Positions 56,341-64,000 of a DNA stretch of 64,000 nt are shown here, in pieces (position 1 is the first letter of the stretch; each line of letters begins with the position of its first letter). Source of the DNA: a virus; the IMG/VR virus record IMGVR_UViG_3300025141_016046, positions 1 to 64,000 of that record, one strand, 5' to 3'. The notes below the pieces were generated by a model that was not told the origin of the DNA, searched no databases, and saw only the letters and a list, made by a program, of their open reading frames with translations. The position numbers and the translations under genes are program-made.

Positions 56341-57389
56341 TTTATATCCTCCATTGTTAAAATTTGATCGTCAGAAATATCCTTAGACGCGAACCTTCCT
56401 AAGATCTTGTGAAGCATAGTTGGAGAAAGTCCAGTGCCTGGTCGCTTGCATGATAGATTTTTATCAGTAAGCATTTCCCCTTTTTTAATTTTAGAAGTGG
56501 ATACTATACTTCTTCTAGCATAAAGCCTTGCTCTCTCTTCGCTCTCTGTGCACTTCTTTTCTCTTGAGCCCAAGAGTGAAACTGCTAGGTTTATATTTTC
56601 AATAATCTTAGTAACTTCAGGTGGGTCAACTGATAGCCAGTGATCAGCACTTTTGTCAAGTGTCTTGTCTACTGTGTAGTGCTTTTCAAATATAGTTGCT
56701 CCAAGAGCATAGGCAAAAGCAGGGGTCCAAAGATTCATTGTGTGGTCAGATAGACCCATAATACAATCTGGAAACTCTTCTCTAAGGTGCTCTATCATTC
56801 GCAAGTTAATCTCATGATCTTCTGTTGGATACTTGAGATTACAGTGCATAACAACAATTTTATCTGTACCGCATTTTAGTACATTGACTGCAGCTCTTAT
56901 CTCATCTATTGTTCCAGCACCTGTAGAAAGCATAACTATCTTCCCCTTAGATGCTACATTTTCTAGAAGCGGATGATTTGTCAGGTCACATGATGCAATC
57001 TTATAAGCATTGATTCCAACTCTATCGAGGTAGTCTGTTGCTTCATCGTCAAATGGGGTTGACATAAACTCTATATCGTGATAGTCACATATTCGCTTAA
57101 GTTCTGCATGATCTGCCTCACCAAAAGAATCTAAATGAGAATAGGAGTCAAATTGAGATCCTTCACTTTCTATCTCACCTTCCCAATCCCAAAATCTAGG
57201 AGCATCTCTAGTACACAGATTTTTAGCTTTATATGATTGAAATTTAATTGCATGAGCACCTGCTTCAGCAGCTTCTCTAATTAATCTTTCACCGAGATCT
57301 AAAGATCCTAGATGATTTACACCTGCTTCAGCAATAAAAAATGGACTTCCTGATAAAAGACGGTTCCATAGTTTATCAACTGGTGACAT
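56337..57389 (-). CDS. neuB: Nonulosonic acid (N-acetylneuraminate-family) synthase with C-terminal SAF/AFP-like domain
   Basis: IAEAGVNHLG, AIKFQ, STPFD, KIASCD, LSTG, MHC..KYP, GLSDHT, EKHYT, DH; ARRSIV...KRPGTGLSP. Confidence 0.95.
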   Translation of the reverse strand: MSPVDKLWNRLLSGSPFFIAEAGVNHLGSLDLGERLIREAAEAGAHAIKFQSYKAKNLCTRDAPRFWDWEGEIESEGSQFDSYSHLDSFGEADHAELKRICDYHDIEFMSTPFDDEATDYLDRVGINAYKIASCDLTNHPLLENVASKGKIVMLSTGAGTIDEIRAAVNVLKCGTDKIVVMHCNLKYPTEDHEINLRMIEHLREEFPDCIMGLSDHTMNLWTPAFAYALGATIFEKHYTVDKTLDKSADHWLSVDPPEVTKIIENINLAVSLLGSREKKCTESEERARLYARRSIVSTSKIKKGEMLTDKNLSCKRPGTGLSPTMLHKILGRFASKDISDDQILTMEDIK

Positions 57390-58062
57390 TTTGATCCTCG
57401 TCTATTTTCTTTTTAAGAGACTGCCTTTCTTTGGTTTTTGAAGAAAGACTTCCAGACCTTTTAAAGTATCTGTAGTATGGTAACCTTAAATGGTACCCAT
57501 TAAAGTTCTTAATGTATCTTAAAATAAGATCATAGTCCTCTCTATTTCTTAGAGATTCATCGTATAGCCCTATTGACTCCAGATATCTCTTTCTAAACAT
57601 AATTCCTGCACCATGGTCAAGTAGCACATCTAGAGTGTTTAGTGACTGCTTTCTCTCAAATTTTTCATTTACAACTATGTGATCACAGTAAACAAACCCT
57701 ATATCATCATTCCACTCTAAAATCTCAGATAGTGTGAAGAGAAAGTTTTTATTAATAAAGTCGTCACCATCAACTCTCACTATGTACTTTCCTGATGATA
57801 GCGTGATTCCCTTGTTGGAGGCTGCCGACACTCCGCTATTCTTTTCTAGTCTGGCAGAATTTACTAGTCCAGAAAATTGAGAAATAACTTCCCAGGATCC
57901 ATCGATCGAACAATCATCTACGACAATTATCTCATATCTATCATCCGATAGTGTTTGATTAATGCAGCTATTAATTGCTCTCCCGATATGTTTTTCAAGA
58001 TTAAAGCAAGTTATAATGACGCTTATTAGTATATTGCTATCCTGCGTAGATTTTAATTCCAT
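57376..58062 (-). CDS. Glycosyltransferase family 2
   Basis: ISVIITCFN, EIIVVDDCSIDGS, NSGVSAASNKG, VDGDD, IGLYDESL...EDYDL. Confidence 0.92.
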   Translation of the reverse strand: MELKSTQDSNILISVIITCFNLEKHIGRAINSCINQTLSDDRYEIIVVDDCSIDGSWEVISQFSGLVNSARLEKNSGVSAASNKGITLSSGKYIVRVDGDDFINKNFLFTLSEILEWNDDIGFVYCDHIVVNEKFERKQSLNTLDVLLDHGAGIMFRKRYLESIGLYDESLRNREDYDLILRYIKNFNGYHLRLPYYRYFKRSGSLSSKTKERQSLKKKIDEDQNVTS

Positions 58063-58603
58063 CAGACTTTAACCATCTATCACAAATATTTTCAAAAACT
58101 TCTGGCGGTATGCCTGTTGATCCTAGCTTAGTATAGTTTGTGTTCTTAGTAAAGATAATATCAAACTTCTCTTCTATTTCAACTTCATACATTGAAAAAA
58201 GCTCATCTATATCTCTAACATCCCCTTCAAGTATGTAGTATATAGATTGACTACAGAATTTATCTGCAACCTCGCCTGCAGTTTTTTGATAAGCTTGATC
58301 TCCCTGACCCCTTAGCCTAAAGAGATCAATTCCTATAAACTTATTACAACCCCTCTCCTGAAAAAATGGCCACATTGTGCAAAATCCACATCCTAGATCT
58401 AGTACAGATATTGTATCTTCAGAATTCTTAGATTTTAAAAATGTGCTTAAGTCTCCTGATTTTTCAAATAATTCATTTAGCCTTCTCTCATGTGGAACAA
58501 TCAGCGCCCAGTTCCATAGGCTACCTCTTCCATGTTTATTGGATCTTTCAAGGAGAAAGCTTTCAATCTCCTGTATTAGATTTTCATCCTTGCTAGTTAT
58601 CAT
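58037..58603 (-). CDS. Class I SAM-dependent methyltransferase
   Basis: VLDLGCG motif I, IGIDL, EGDV, FDIIF, LKSDG. Confidence 0.85.
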   Translation of the reverse strand: MITSKDENLIQEIESFLLERSNKHGRGSLWNWALIVPHERRLNELFEKSGDLSTFLKSKNSEDTISVLDLGCGFCTMWPFFQERGCNKFIGIDLFRLRGQGDQAYQKTAGEVADKFCSQSIYYILEGDVRDIDELFSMYEVEIEEKFDIIFTKNTNYTKLGSTGIPPEVFENICDRWLKSDGIKIYAG

Positions 58604-59171
58604 TTTTATTTTCCATCTTTCTTGCTATTTTATCAATATCATCTTTTGTGTGAACGTCTATGTAGTTTGTACTTACAACTCCCTTATAAACACTTAAAGC
58701 CTTTTGATCAACACACCTGTCTAAAAGCACATGAATTGCTGAGTCTTCTATTCCATTTTGATCTACAGTAAATACTTCCCACAGATTATTTTGTATTAGC
58801 TTTTCAATACATTCATCTATCTTTATTGACTCTATTTGTGGTGAATTTGCTTGAATTCTAACCATCAGGTCAAAATAAACACCCGATTTATTTAGATGAT
58901 TTTTTGCATGTGAAAGAACATCCTGCGTCCAGACATTATCCCTTGAAAGGCTGCTAGGCCTATTAATAACGCTAATCCCTTGTGCTTCTACAATATTTTT
59001 TATTTCTTCATCTTCTGTACTGACAAATATATCTTTTTGATCAATATATTTGCTCTTCAGGCAAGCATCAATAGACCAGCAAACTAAAGGTTTGTTGAAG
59101 AGTAGATGGATATTTTTTCTAGGAAGTCTCTTGCTTCCACCTCTAGCAGGTATGACACAGACTATTTTCAA
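58593..59171 (-). CDS. neuA: Acylneuraminate cytidylyltransferase (CMP-nonulosonate synthetase)
   Basis: IPARGGSKRLPRKNI, KPL, VSTEDEEI, RP, QANSP, IDVHTKDD. Confidence 0.9.
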   Translation of the reverse strand: MKIVCVIPARGGSKRLPRKNIHLLFNKPLVCWSIDACLKSKYIDQKDIFVSTEDEEIKNIVEAQGISVINRPSSLSRDNVWTQDVLSHAKNHLNKSGVYFDLMVRIQANSPQIESIKIDECIEKLIQNNLWEVFTVDQNGIEDSAIHVLLDRCVDQKALSVYKGVVSTNYIDVHTKDDIDKIARKMENKNDN

Positions 59172-60346
59172 AGATCCTCCACAAGGATAGACTTATCTCC
59201 AGTCATTGAAGTGCATGCAATTCCAATCTTAACATCATCATCATCTGGCTTAAGGAAGCACCTCAAAAGATAGTAAGGACAAGCTGGGCAAACTTCTAAG
59301 TCTAGCTTATGATAGACTATTTCACCTGATTTTTTCTTGGTAAAGACAAATGGATTTTTCTGAAATATTTGATCTCTAAAGGTTATCATTAGACGATTAT
59401 TAGACCACCTCTCCAGCCCTATTTTTATCTCTATCGGCTTCATATTTTCACATATTTGAATTGCCTTTTTTGCATCAGACCATCTAAAGGGTATGTTAAA
59501 TTTTTTAGATGCATTTCTCAATAGGTCTATAGCATAGTACGTCTCATCTCTCATATCTCTATGATCATGACTAAAGTATGAAAGAATTACAGGGCAATTA
59601 TTCTGCCTGGCATACCCAAATGCTTCATCTACTTCCCACTGCTGTAACTCATGAAGCCTTGATTTAAGATCAACAGATCTAGCAACATATCTACGCATTC
59701 TTCCCGGAGAAAACAAGTCTCTTTTGCTTGGGTGATAATATCCCCAATGTCTTGGTGCATGAAACCAGTTAAAGTCAAAAATGTCATCTGTTTTGACTGA
59801 TGTGTACGAAGCCCTATTGGAATAGTCAATCATTAGATTTTCTTCTAGCCATTGAGAGCATTTATTATCCTCTATCGTACCTCCTGCTCTAAATGCTTCT
59901 GGAAAATCATATCTCTCAATAATTCTATGACCTAGTATTTGATAATGTACTTTGGAGCTATCCCAGTCACTAGACCATTGATCACCTATTCCGCTCTTAG
60001 GTGGTTGATGATAGTGCCAGTGAAAGCTGTCACAGTCTGTATTTAGAGACTTAATGTTGTCATATGTGTCATTATATTTTTCAATTCTATTTTTAGGATT
60101 TGTCCTAAACCCCATAAAGTCCATAATAAACCAGTTTAAAATAAAATAATTTTCGAAAGAATCCCGAGAGTCAAATCTAAACCTATCAGATGTTATATCT
60201 GACAGTGATCGCTTTATGTCGTCCCAGTTATCCATAAACTCTTTGGATCCGTCTGGTCTCCTTCTAACGTCGCCCCCAATCGGTCCTTCAGTATCCACAC
60301 AGTGAACAACTAGAACCTGAGCTTTATTTGTTGAGAAACCACCCAT
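59168..60346 (-). CDS. Polysaccharide deacetylase / carbohydrate-esterase-like metal hydrolase
   Basis: VHCVDTEG, HWHYH, FRAGG, YFSHD pattern resembling NodB-like barrels. Confidence 0.5.
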   Translation of the reverse strand: MGGFSTNKAQVLVVHCVDTEGPIGGDVRRRPDGSKEFMDNWDDIKRSLSDITSDRFRFDSRDSFENYFILNWFIMDFMGFRTNPKNRIEKYNDTYDNIKSLNTDCDSFHWHYHQPPKSGIGDQWSSDWDSSKVHYQILGHRIIERYDFPEAFRAGGTIEDNKCSQWLEENLMIDYSNRASYTSVKTDDIFDFNWFHAPRHWGYYHPSKRDLFSPGRMRRYVARSVDLKSRLHELQQWEVDEAFGYARQNNCPVILSYFSHDHRDMRDETYYAIDLLRNASKKFNIPFRWSDAKKAIQICENMKPIEIKIGLERWSNNRLMITFRDQIFQKNPFVFTKKKSGEIVYHKLDLEVCPACPYYLLRCFLKPDDDDVKIGIACTSMTGDKSILVEDL

Positions 60347-61184
60347 ATTTTACCATTCCTGAGTCTATGTTATTCTCTTTAAACCAGCAAAAAGTATCAT
60401 TTAAAATACTCCATCGCTTAGTCGCAAAGTCCTTAAAACTATCATCAATTTGATAGTCGCTATCTTTAACTTCAATACAGCCGCTTAGAGATTTTGAAAT
60501 ATCAAGATTAAATCTTGACAACATGTCAAAGTAAATTACTAGCTTGTGAAATCTATTTTTAAATTTATAGTGATTAGAAATGTTCACAATTCCTGCTGCT
60601 ACTCCAGATATTTCTCTTATACTTGCAGAAAAAGTATACCATGCGTTTTCAGCAGCACTATAATACTCATATACTGAATTTTTAAGATTTATATCTTTAT
60701 AGTTTTTTCTTATATTGTCAATTGAGGGCCTGGTAAAATGAGAAAGTGTCATTTTTTCAACCTTTCTTATGCTTCTATCAAGTGATTTTAGATATAGAAG
60801 GACCCTTCTATCACTTACATCCCAGCTCTTTAAGATAGACTCAATTAATAAAATTCTTTCCGGAAGCCACTCTAAAACTTCTATAATGTCAAAATAGTTT
60901 GAATTTACTTTTTCTACAGGTATTTCAACACCCTGAACAAGATTTAATTTAAATCTTTCAATATAGTTTATTTTAGAAAAAATATCTGAAGGCATTATGA
61001 TAACATTTCCGCCTTGCAAGAAATTACTAACATTATCGCTAATTGAAGGCTTTGAATCAAGTACAAGAAAATCTAGATCTGATATTCCAGGATGTGATAT
61101 TTCTCCAACTTGATATATTTGAAGAGATGGGTTATCCTTGCAGAACTCTAATATAGCACGGTCATAATCTTCTTTTGTTTGCAA
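60324..61184 (-). CDS. Nucleotidyltransferase-like protein (Pol-beta fold)
   Basis: IYQVGEISHPGISDLDFLV (G-x...DxD motif); helical C-terminus. Confidence 0.6.
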   Translation of the reverse strand: MQTKEDYDRAILEFCKDNPSLQIYQVGEISHPGISDLDFLVLDSKPSISDNVSNFLQGGNVIIMPSDIFSKINYIERFKLNLVQGVEIPVEKVNSNYFDIIEVLEWLPERILLIESILKSWDVSDRRVLLYLKSLDRSIRKVEKMTLSHFTRPSIDNIRKNYKDINLKNSVYEYYSAAENAWYTFSASIREISGVAAGIVNISNHYKFKNRFHKLVIYFDMLSRFNLDISKSLSGCIEVKDSDYQIDDSFKDFATKRWSILNDTFCWFKENNIDSGMVKYGWFLNK

Positions 61185-61185
61185 T

Positions 61186-62199
61186 TTAGATACCCAGTAT
61201 TGACTTCATTTCTTTAATAAGATTATACCCTCTAAGAAAATAATTTTCACCAATAATTTTCATTGCACTATCAGGAATCTCATTTGAAAGAGAGAGATTT
61301 GCTTTCCAGCCTGCTCTTAGCATAGAAGAGACATCAACTATCTCAAAATTTTCTTTACTAATGACTTTCCTACATGCCTCTATTGATTCTGGCTTTGTTA
61401 GATATTCACCCCTAATATTCATAAAATAAGAAGGAAGGAGACAGATAACAGACATAAAGTATTTCATCTGATACATGGAATTTTTATAATTTCTAAAATT
61501 ATCCATCATATAGACACCCTCATAGGCATGATGTTGAAGTGTTCCGCTCCCAAATGCACGCTCTAGGGTCTTGTAAATTGAATTAAATCTATCTATTTGC
61601 TCTTGACTTGAATCTCTCTTGTGTCCAAATAGATCGAACTCTCCAAGAAGCGATACGCTTTGCTCAAAAAGGCTTGTTGGAAGATAGAGGTCGGGATACA
61701 TTAAAAGATCTTTTTCAGCTATAAAGTGAATTCCGTGATGTTGATGATTATCAAGATTCTTAATCATGTTCTCGATTGCCTGACAGATAGACCTAAGCCT
61801 TATCATCTCAGAAGCATCATCTAGCGTCCCATCTCTTATGATTGCAATACTATCAAAGTCACTCCATCCTGGAACATAGTCCAATGTTGCAAGACTTCCA
61901 TGAAGGATAAAACCCTTAAGATAATAATGAGCATTTTGTCTAATAAAGTCAGATATCTCTAAAACAGGCTTAAGAAATGGATCTTTATATTTTTCATAGT
62001 CTATTTTGTCAATGGATGATCTAAAACTATGTGTAGAAAAATCGCTAGGATTTAGACATTTATATGATGATGATACTGACCTTGCTATCATCTCTTTGAC
62101 AAAAAATGGCTCACTATCAATACATCCAGACTTTGTGTGAAGAAACCAGTTTAAAAGACTATTTGAACTCTTTTGAAGATTTATTTGATTTCTGGACAT
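61186..62199 (-). CDS. Nucleotidyltransferase (Pol-beta fold)
   Basis: FILHGSLATLDYVPGWSDFDSIAII (GS...DxD); DNHQHHG. Confidence 0.7.
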   Translation of the reverse strand: MSRNQINLQKSSNSLLNWFLHTKSGCIDSEPFFVKEMIARSVSSSYKCLNPSDFSTHSFRSSIDKIDYEKYKDPFLKPVLEISDFIRQNAHYYLKGFILHGSLATLDYVPGWSDFDSIAIIRDGTLDDASEMIRLRSICQAIENMIKNLDNHQHHGIHFIAEKDLLMYPDLYLPTSLFEQSVSLLGEFDLFGHKRDSSQEQIDRFNSIYKTLERAFGSGTLQHHAYEGVYMMDNFRNYKNSMYQMKYFMSVICLLPSYFMNIRGEYLTKPESIEACRKVISKENFEIVDVSSMLRAGWKANLSLSNEIPDSAMKIIGENYFLRGYNLIKEMKSILGI

Positions 62200-63302
62200 T
62201 CTTTTTCTATAAAGTCAACAATTCTAGAAGATGCTCCTTCGTAATTTTTAGAAAAGTATTTCTCCTGAAATGATTGCCAGTCTCTATCATCTCTATTGAT
62301 AAGGCCTAGTACGCGATTTAACTCAGACTGCATTCTTAGTCTAAATTCAGATTCGTCATCAGTACTCTTCTTAAGAATTGTATCACAGTGAACTCCATCA
62401 AATATAGGTCCAGAGTAATATTGCTTATTGATTGGATCCATTGCCCTGAAGAGCTGCTCTCTATTTTTGTGAAGTGCTGCATGCATGTCAGAAAACAGAC
62501 AGACATACGGAACCTGAAGAAATGTTAGCTCATTAATTGCTGACGAGCAAAAGTTGAATACACACTTTGACGATGTATAGAGTCTTAAGTGAGAAACAAT
62601 ATTATCATCATAAACATATCCATCAAAATTTGTGAACTTGTGGTATGGATAGGAATATTTCTGTCTTGATTTTAGTATTAATGCATACTTGTTTCTATCG
62701 CAAAAACTTCTTAGTTCAGCTAGAAATATCTTTACATAATCCAAAAATCCACTATAGTTTGACACAAAGCTGTTGTGAGGTGCCATAAATGTTACAATAT
62801 CGAGGTCTTCTTTTATGTTTAGACTCTTAAAGTCATTTATAATTTCAAACCACGGGCTTCCAAGTGACTGAATTTTTGTATGACCTGTGAGCGTCTGAAC
62901 AGTATTTTTAGACCACTCGCTATTTGCAAATAGTGTTGAAGATCCTGAATAGTCATTTCTACTGTTGTATATCTCATTCCAGCAATATTCAACTGCATAC
63001 ACATTAGACTGTCCAGATATTTCGTATATCTCACTCCATATTTTATTGAATAGGTTAATACCTATCAGAAATCTATAGTCATTGTGATTGTTAATTACTG
63101 CCTTTCTTACTTCCTCTCTGTTCCTAAATGTCATCCAGTTTATGTCATCTAGTCTTAATCCAATCTTTGGAATATTGGACAAAGACTCTCTCTTGCATGT
63201 TGAAAAAACATCACACTGATACCCTCTAGATCTGCACTCTCTAATTAGCCCAAGAACAGACTGAACAGTTTGAGACTTATCAATAAAGAATGCAACCTTC
63301 AT
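62181..63302 (-). CDS. Putative GT-B transferase (sialyl/glycerophosphate transferase-like)
   Basis: Two-domain alpha/beta layout; LGSPWFE; LILKSR; FCSSAINELTFLQVPYV; C-terminal GASSRIVDFI. Confidence 0.5.
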   Translation of the reverse strand: MKVAFFIDKSQTVQSVLGLIRECRSRGYQCDVFSTCKRESLSNIPKIGLRLDDINWMTFRNREEVRKAVINNHNDYRFLIGINLFNKIWSEIYEISGQSNVYAVEYCWNEIYNSRNDYSGSSTLFANSEWSKNTVQTLTGHTKIQSLGSPWFEIINDFKSLNIKEDLDIVTFMAPHNSFVSNYSGFLDYVKIFLAELRSFCDRNKYALILKSRQKYSYPYHKFTNFDGYVYDDNIVSHLRLYTSSKCVFNFCSSAINELTFLQVPYVCLFSDMHAALHKNREQLFRAMDPINKQYYSGPIFDGVHCDTILKKSTDDESEFRLRMQSELNRVLGLINRDDRDWQSFQEKYFSKNYEGASSRIVDFIEKECPEIK

Positions 63303-64000
63303 TAGCTATTTAACCACTCGTCAATGTGTGCTTCATCCTTTGCTTCTGGGCTTGAAAAATCCTTTGAAAGCAATACCTGTCCATAGTCAATCTCATTATC
63401 TGGAATTCTTCTATCATCAAAAAATATCCTTCTATCCATTATAATAAGCTCTTTTGATTCATCATTAATTTCATCTATTAGCTTTGCACACTGAATTCCT
63501 GGCTCGCTATTCTTTGTTGGAAGATGATAGTCGTCAAACAAGAGAAATGCATTGTATTTATCCTTACATAGATCCCAATCGCGCTTAACACCGTTGTATG
63601 TGTGATCTCCATCAATATAAATCATATCAAAATTTCCCTCAACACTTGGCAATACACTACTAGAAGCCCCTGATCTAAACTCAATCATTGAAAACCACTG
63701 GCTTGGAAATATTGACTTTAATCTTGTTATTAATGCTTGATCAAAGTTTGGATCAACTGTTACGATTCGCCCTCGGACTCCTGAGTCACTAAATGCCTTT
63801 GCTGCACAAAATGTAGAATAGCCTCTGCCAAATCCTATCTCAAGAAATGATGTTAGCTTAAACTTTCTTATTAGTGTGTATATTAAAAGACCTCTTTCGT
63901 AGTTTGGCCTGAAGAAGCACCCGACAGACCTGTAGAGATCACTATTTTGACCTCTTGTCTTTTTTGCGGTATATTCTCCAATTGCATCAAAATCACCCAG
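63302..64000 (-). CDS. Class I SAM methyltransferase (Methyltransf_24-like), 5'-truncated by the window edge
   Basis: Frame is open from 64000 (LGDFDAIGEY...FLEIGFGRGYST...IVTVDP...) and continues into FDMIYIDGDHTY...FDDY; the ORF-track start at 63688 is internal. Confidence 0.88.
   Translation of the reverse strand: MGDFDAIGEYTAKKTRGQNSDLYRSVGCFFRPNYERGLLIYTLIRKFKLTSFLEIGFGRGYSTFCAAKAFSDSGVRGRIVTVDPNFDQALITRLKSIFPSQWFSMIEFRSGASSSVLPSVEGNFDMIYIDGDHTYNGVKRDWDLCKDKYNAFLLFDDYHLPTKNSEPGIQCAKLIDEINDESKELIIMDRRIFFDDRRIPDNEIDYGQVLLSKDFSSPEAKDEAHIDEWLNS

Noticed and set aside
5567-63302. Repeated TAATG stop/start overlaps (5567, 6022, 6642, 11283, 17165, 42141, 47322, 63302)
   Set aside because: Real, but ordinary translational coupling in compact phage operons.
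1-64000. Alternative genetic code (stop-codon reassignment seen in some large phages)
   Set aside because: Coding density is near complete under the standard code, and TAA, TAG and TGA all terminate genes at sensible boundaries.

Overview
This window is a 64-kb piece of a large T4-superfamily (distantly T4-like, probably jumbo) myophage genome, read in the standard genetic code. All credible genes are on the minus strand except one tandem pair. In plus coordinates it contains five blocks. (1) Head and packaging module, 1-11.7 kb: gp23 major capsid, scaffold, small head proteins, gp21 protease, gp20 portal, gp17 terminase. (2) Replication and recombination block, 11.7-17.2 kb: fused SbcD-SbcC (Mre11-Rad50), primase, RuvC-like resolvase. 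(3) Baseplate and tail-appendage module, 17.2-48.7 kb: LamG-like proteins, gp6, gp25, gp5-like. (4) A gp55-like late sigma factor at about 49 kb. (5) Glycan module from about 50 kb, running off the window end: two GT4, a GT2, tandem sulfotransferases, a nucleotide-sugar dehydrogenase, NeuB and NeuA (nonulosonic/sialic acid), two methyltransferases, a deacetylase-like protein, two nucleotidyltransferases and a GT-B transferase-like protein. The strongest hypothesis is a phage-encoded virion O-glycosylation system: a subset of virion proteins is strongly enriched in a [ST]-G-S / [ST]-A-S tripeptide that is nearly absent from the enzymes and from the most Ser-rich proteins, and these genes lie next to the nonulosonate pathway. 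Also seen: leaderless sigma70-type promoters on three DNA-metabolism genes, an RBS-sequestering hairpin with a promoter in its loop, and a candidate late-promoter motif ATA(A/T)TTA. No tRNA, rRNA, CRISPR array or mobile element was recognised. All calls rest on by-eye motif recognition; no database search was run.
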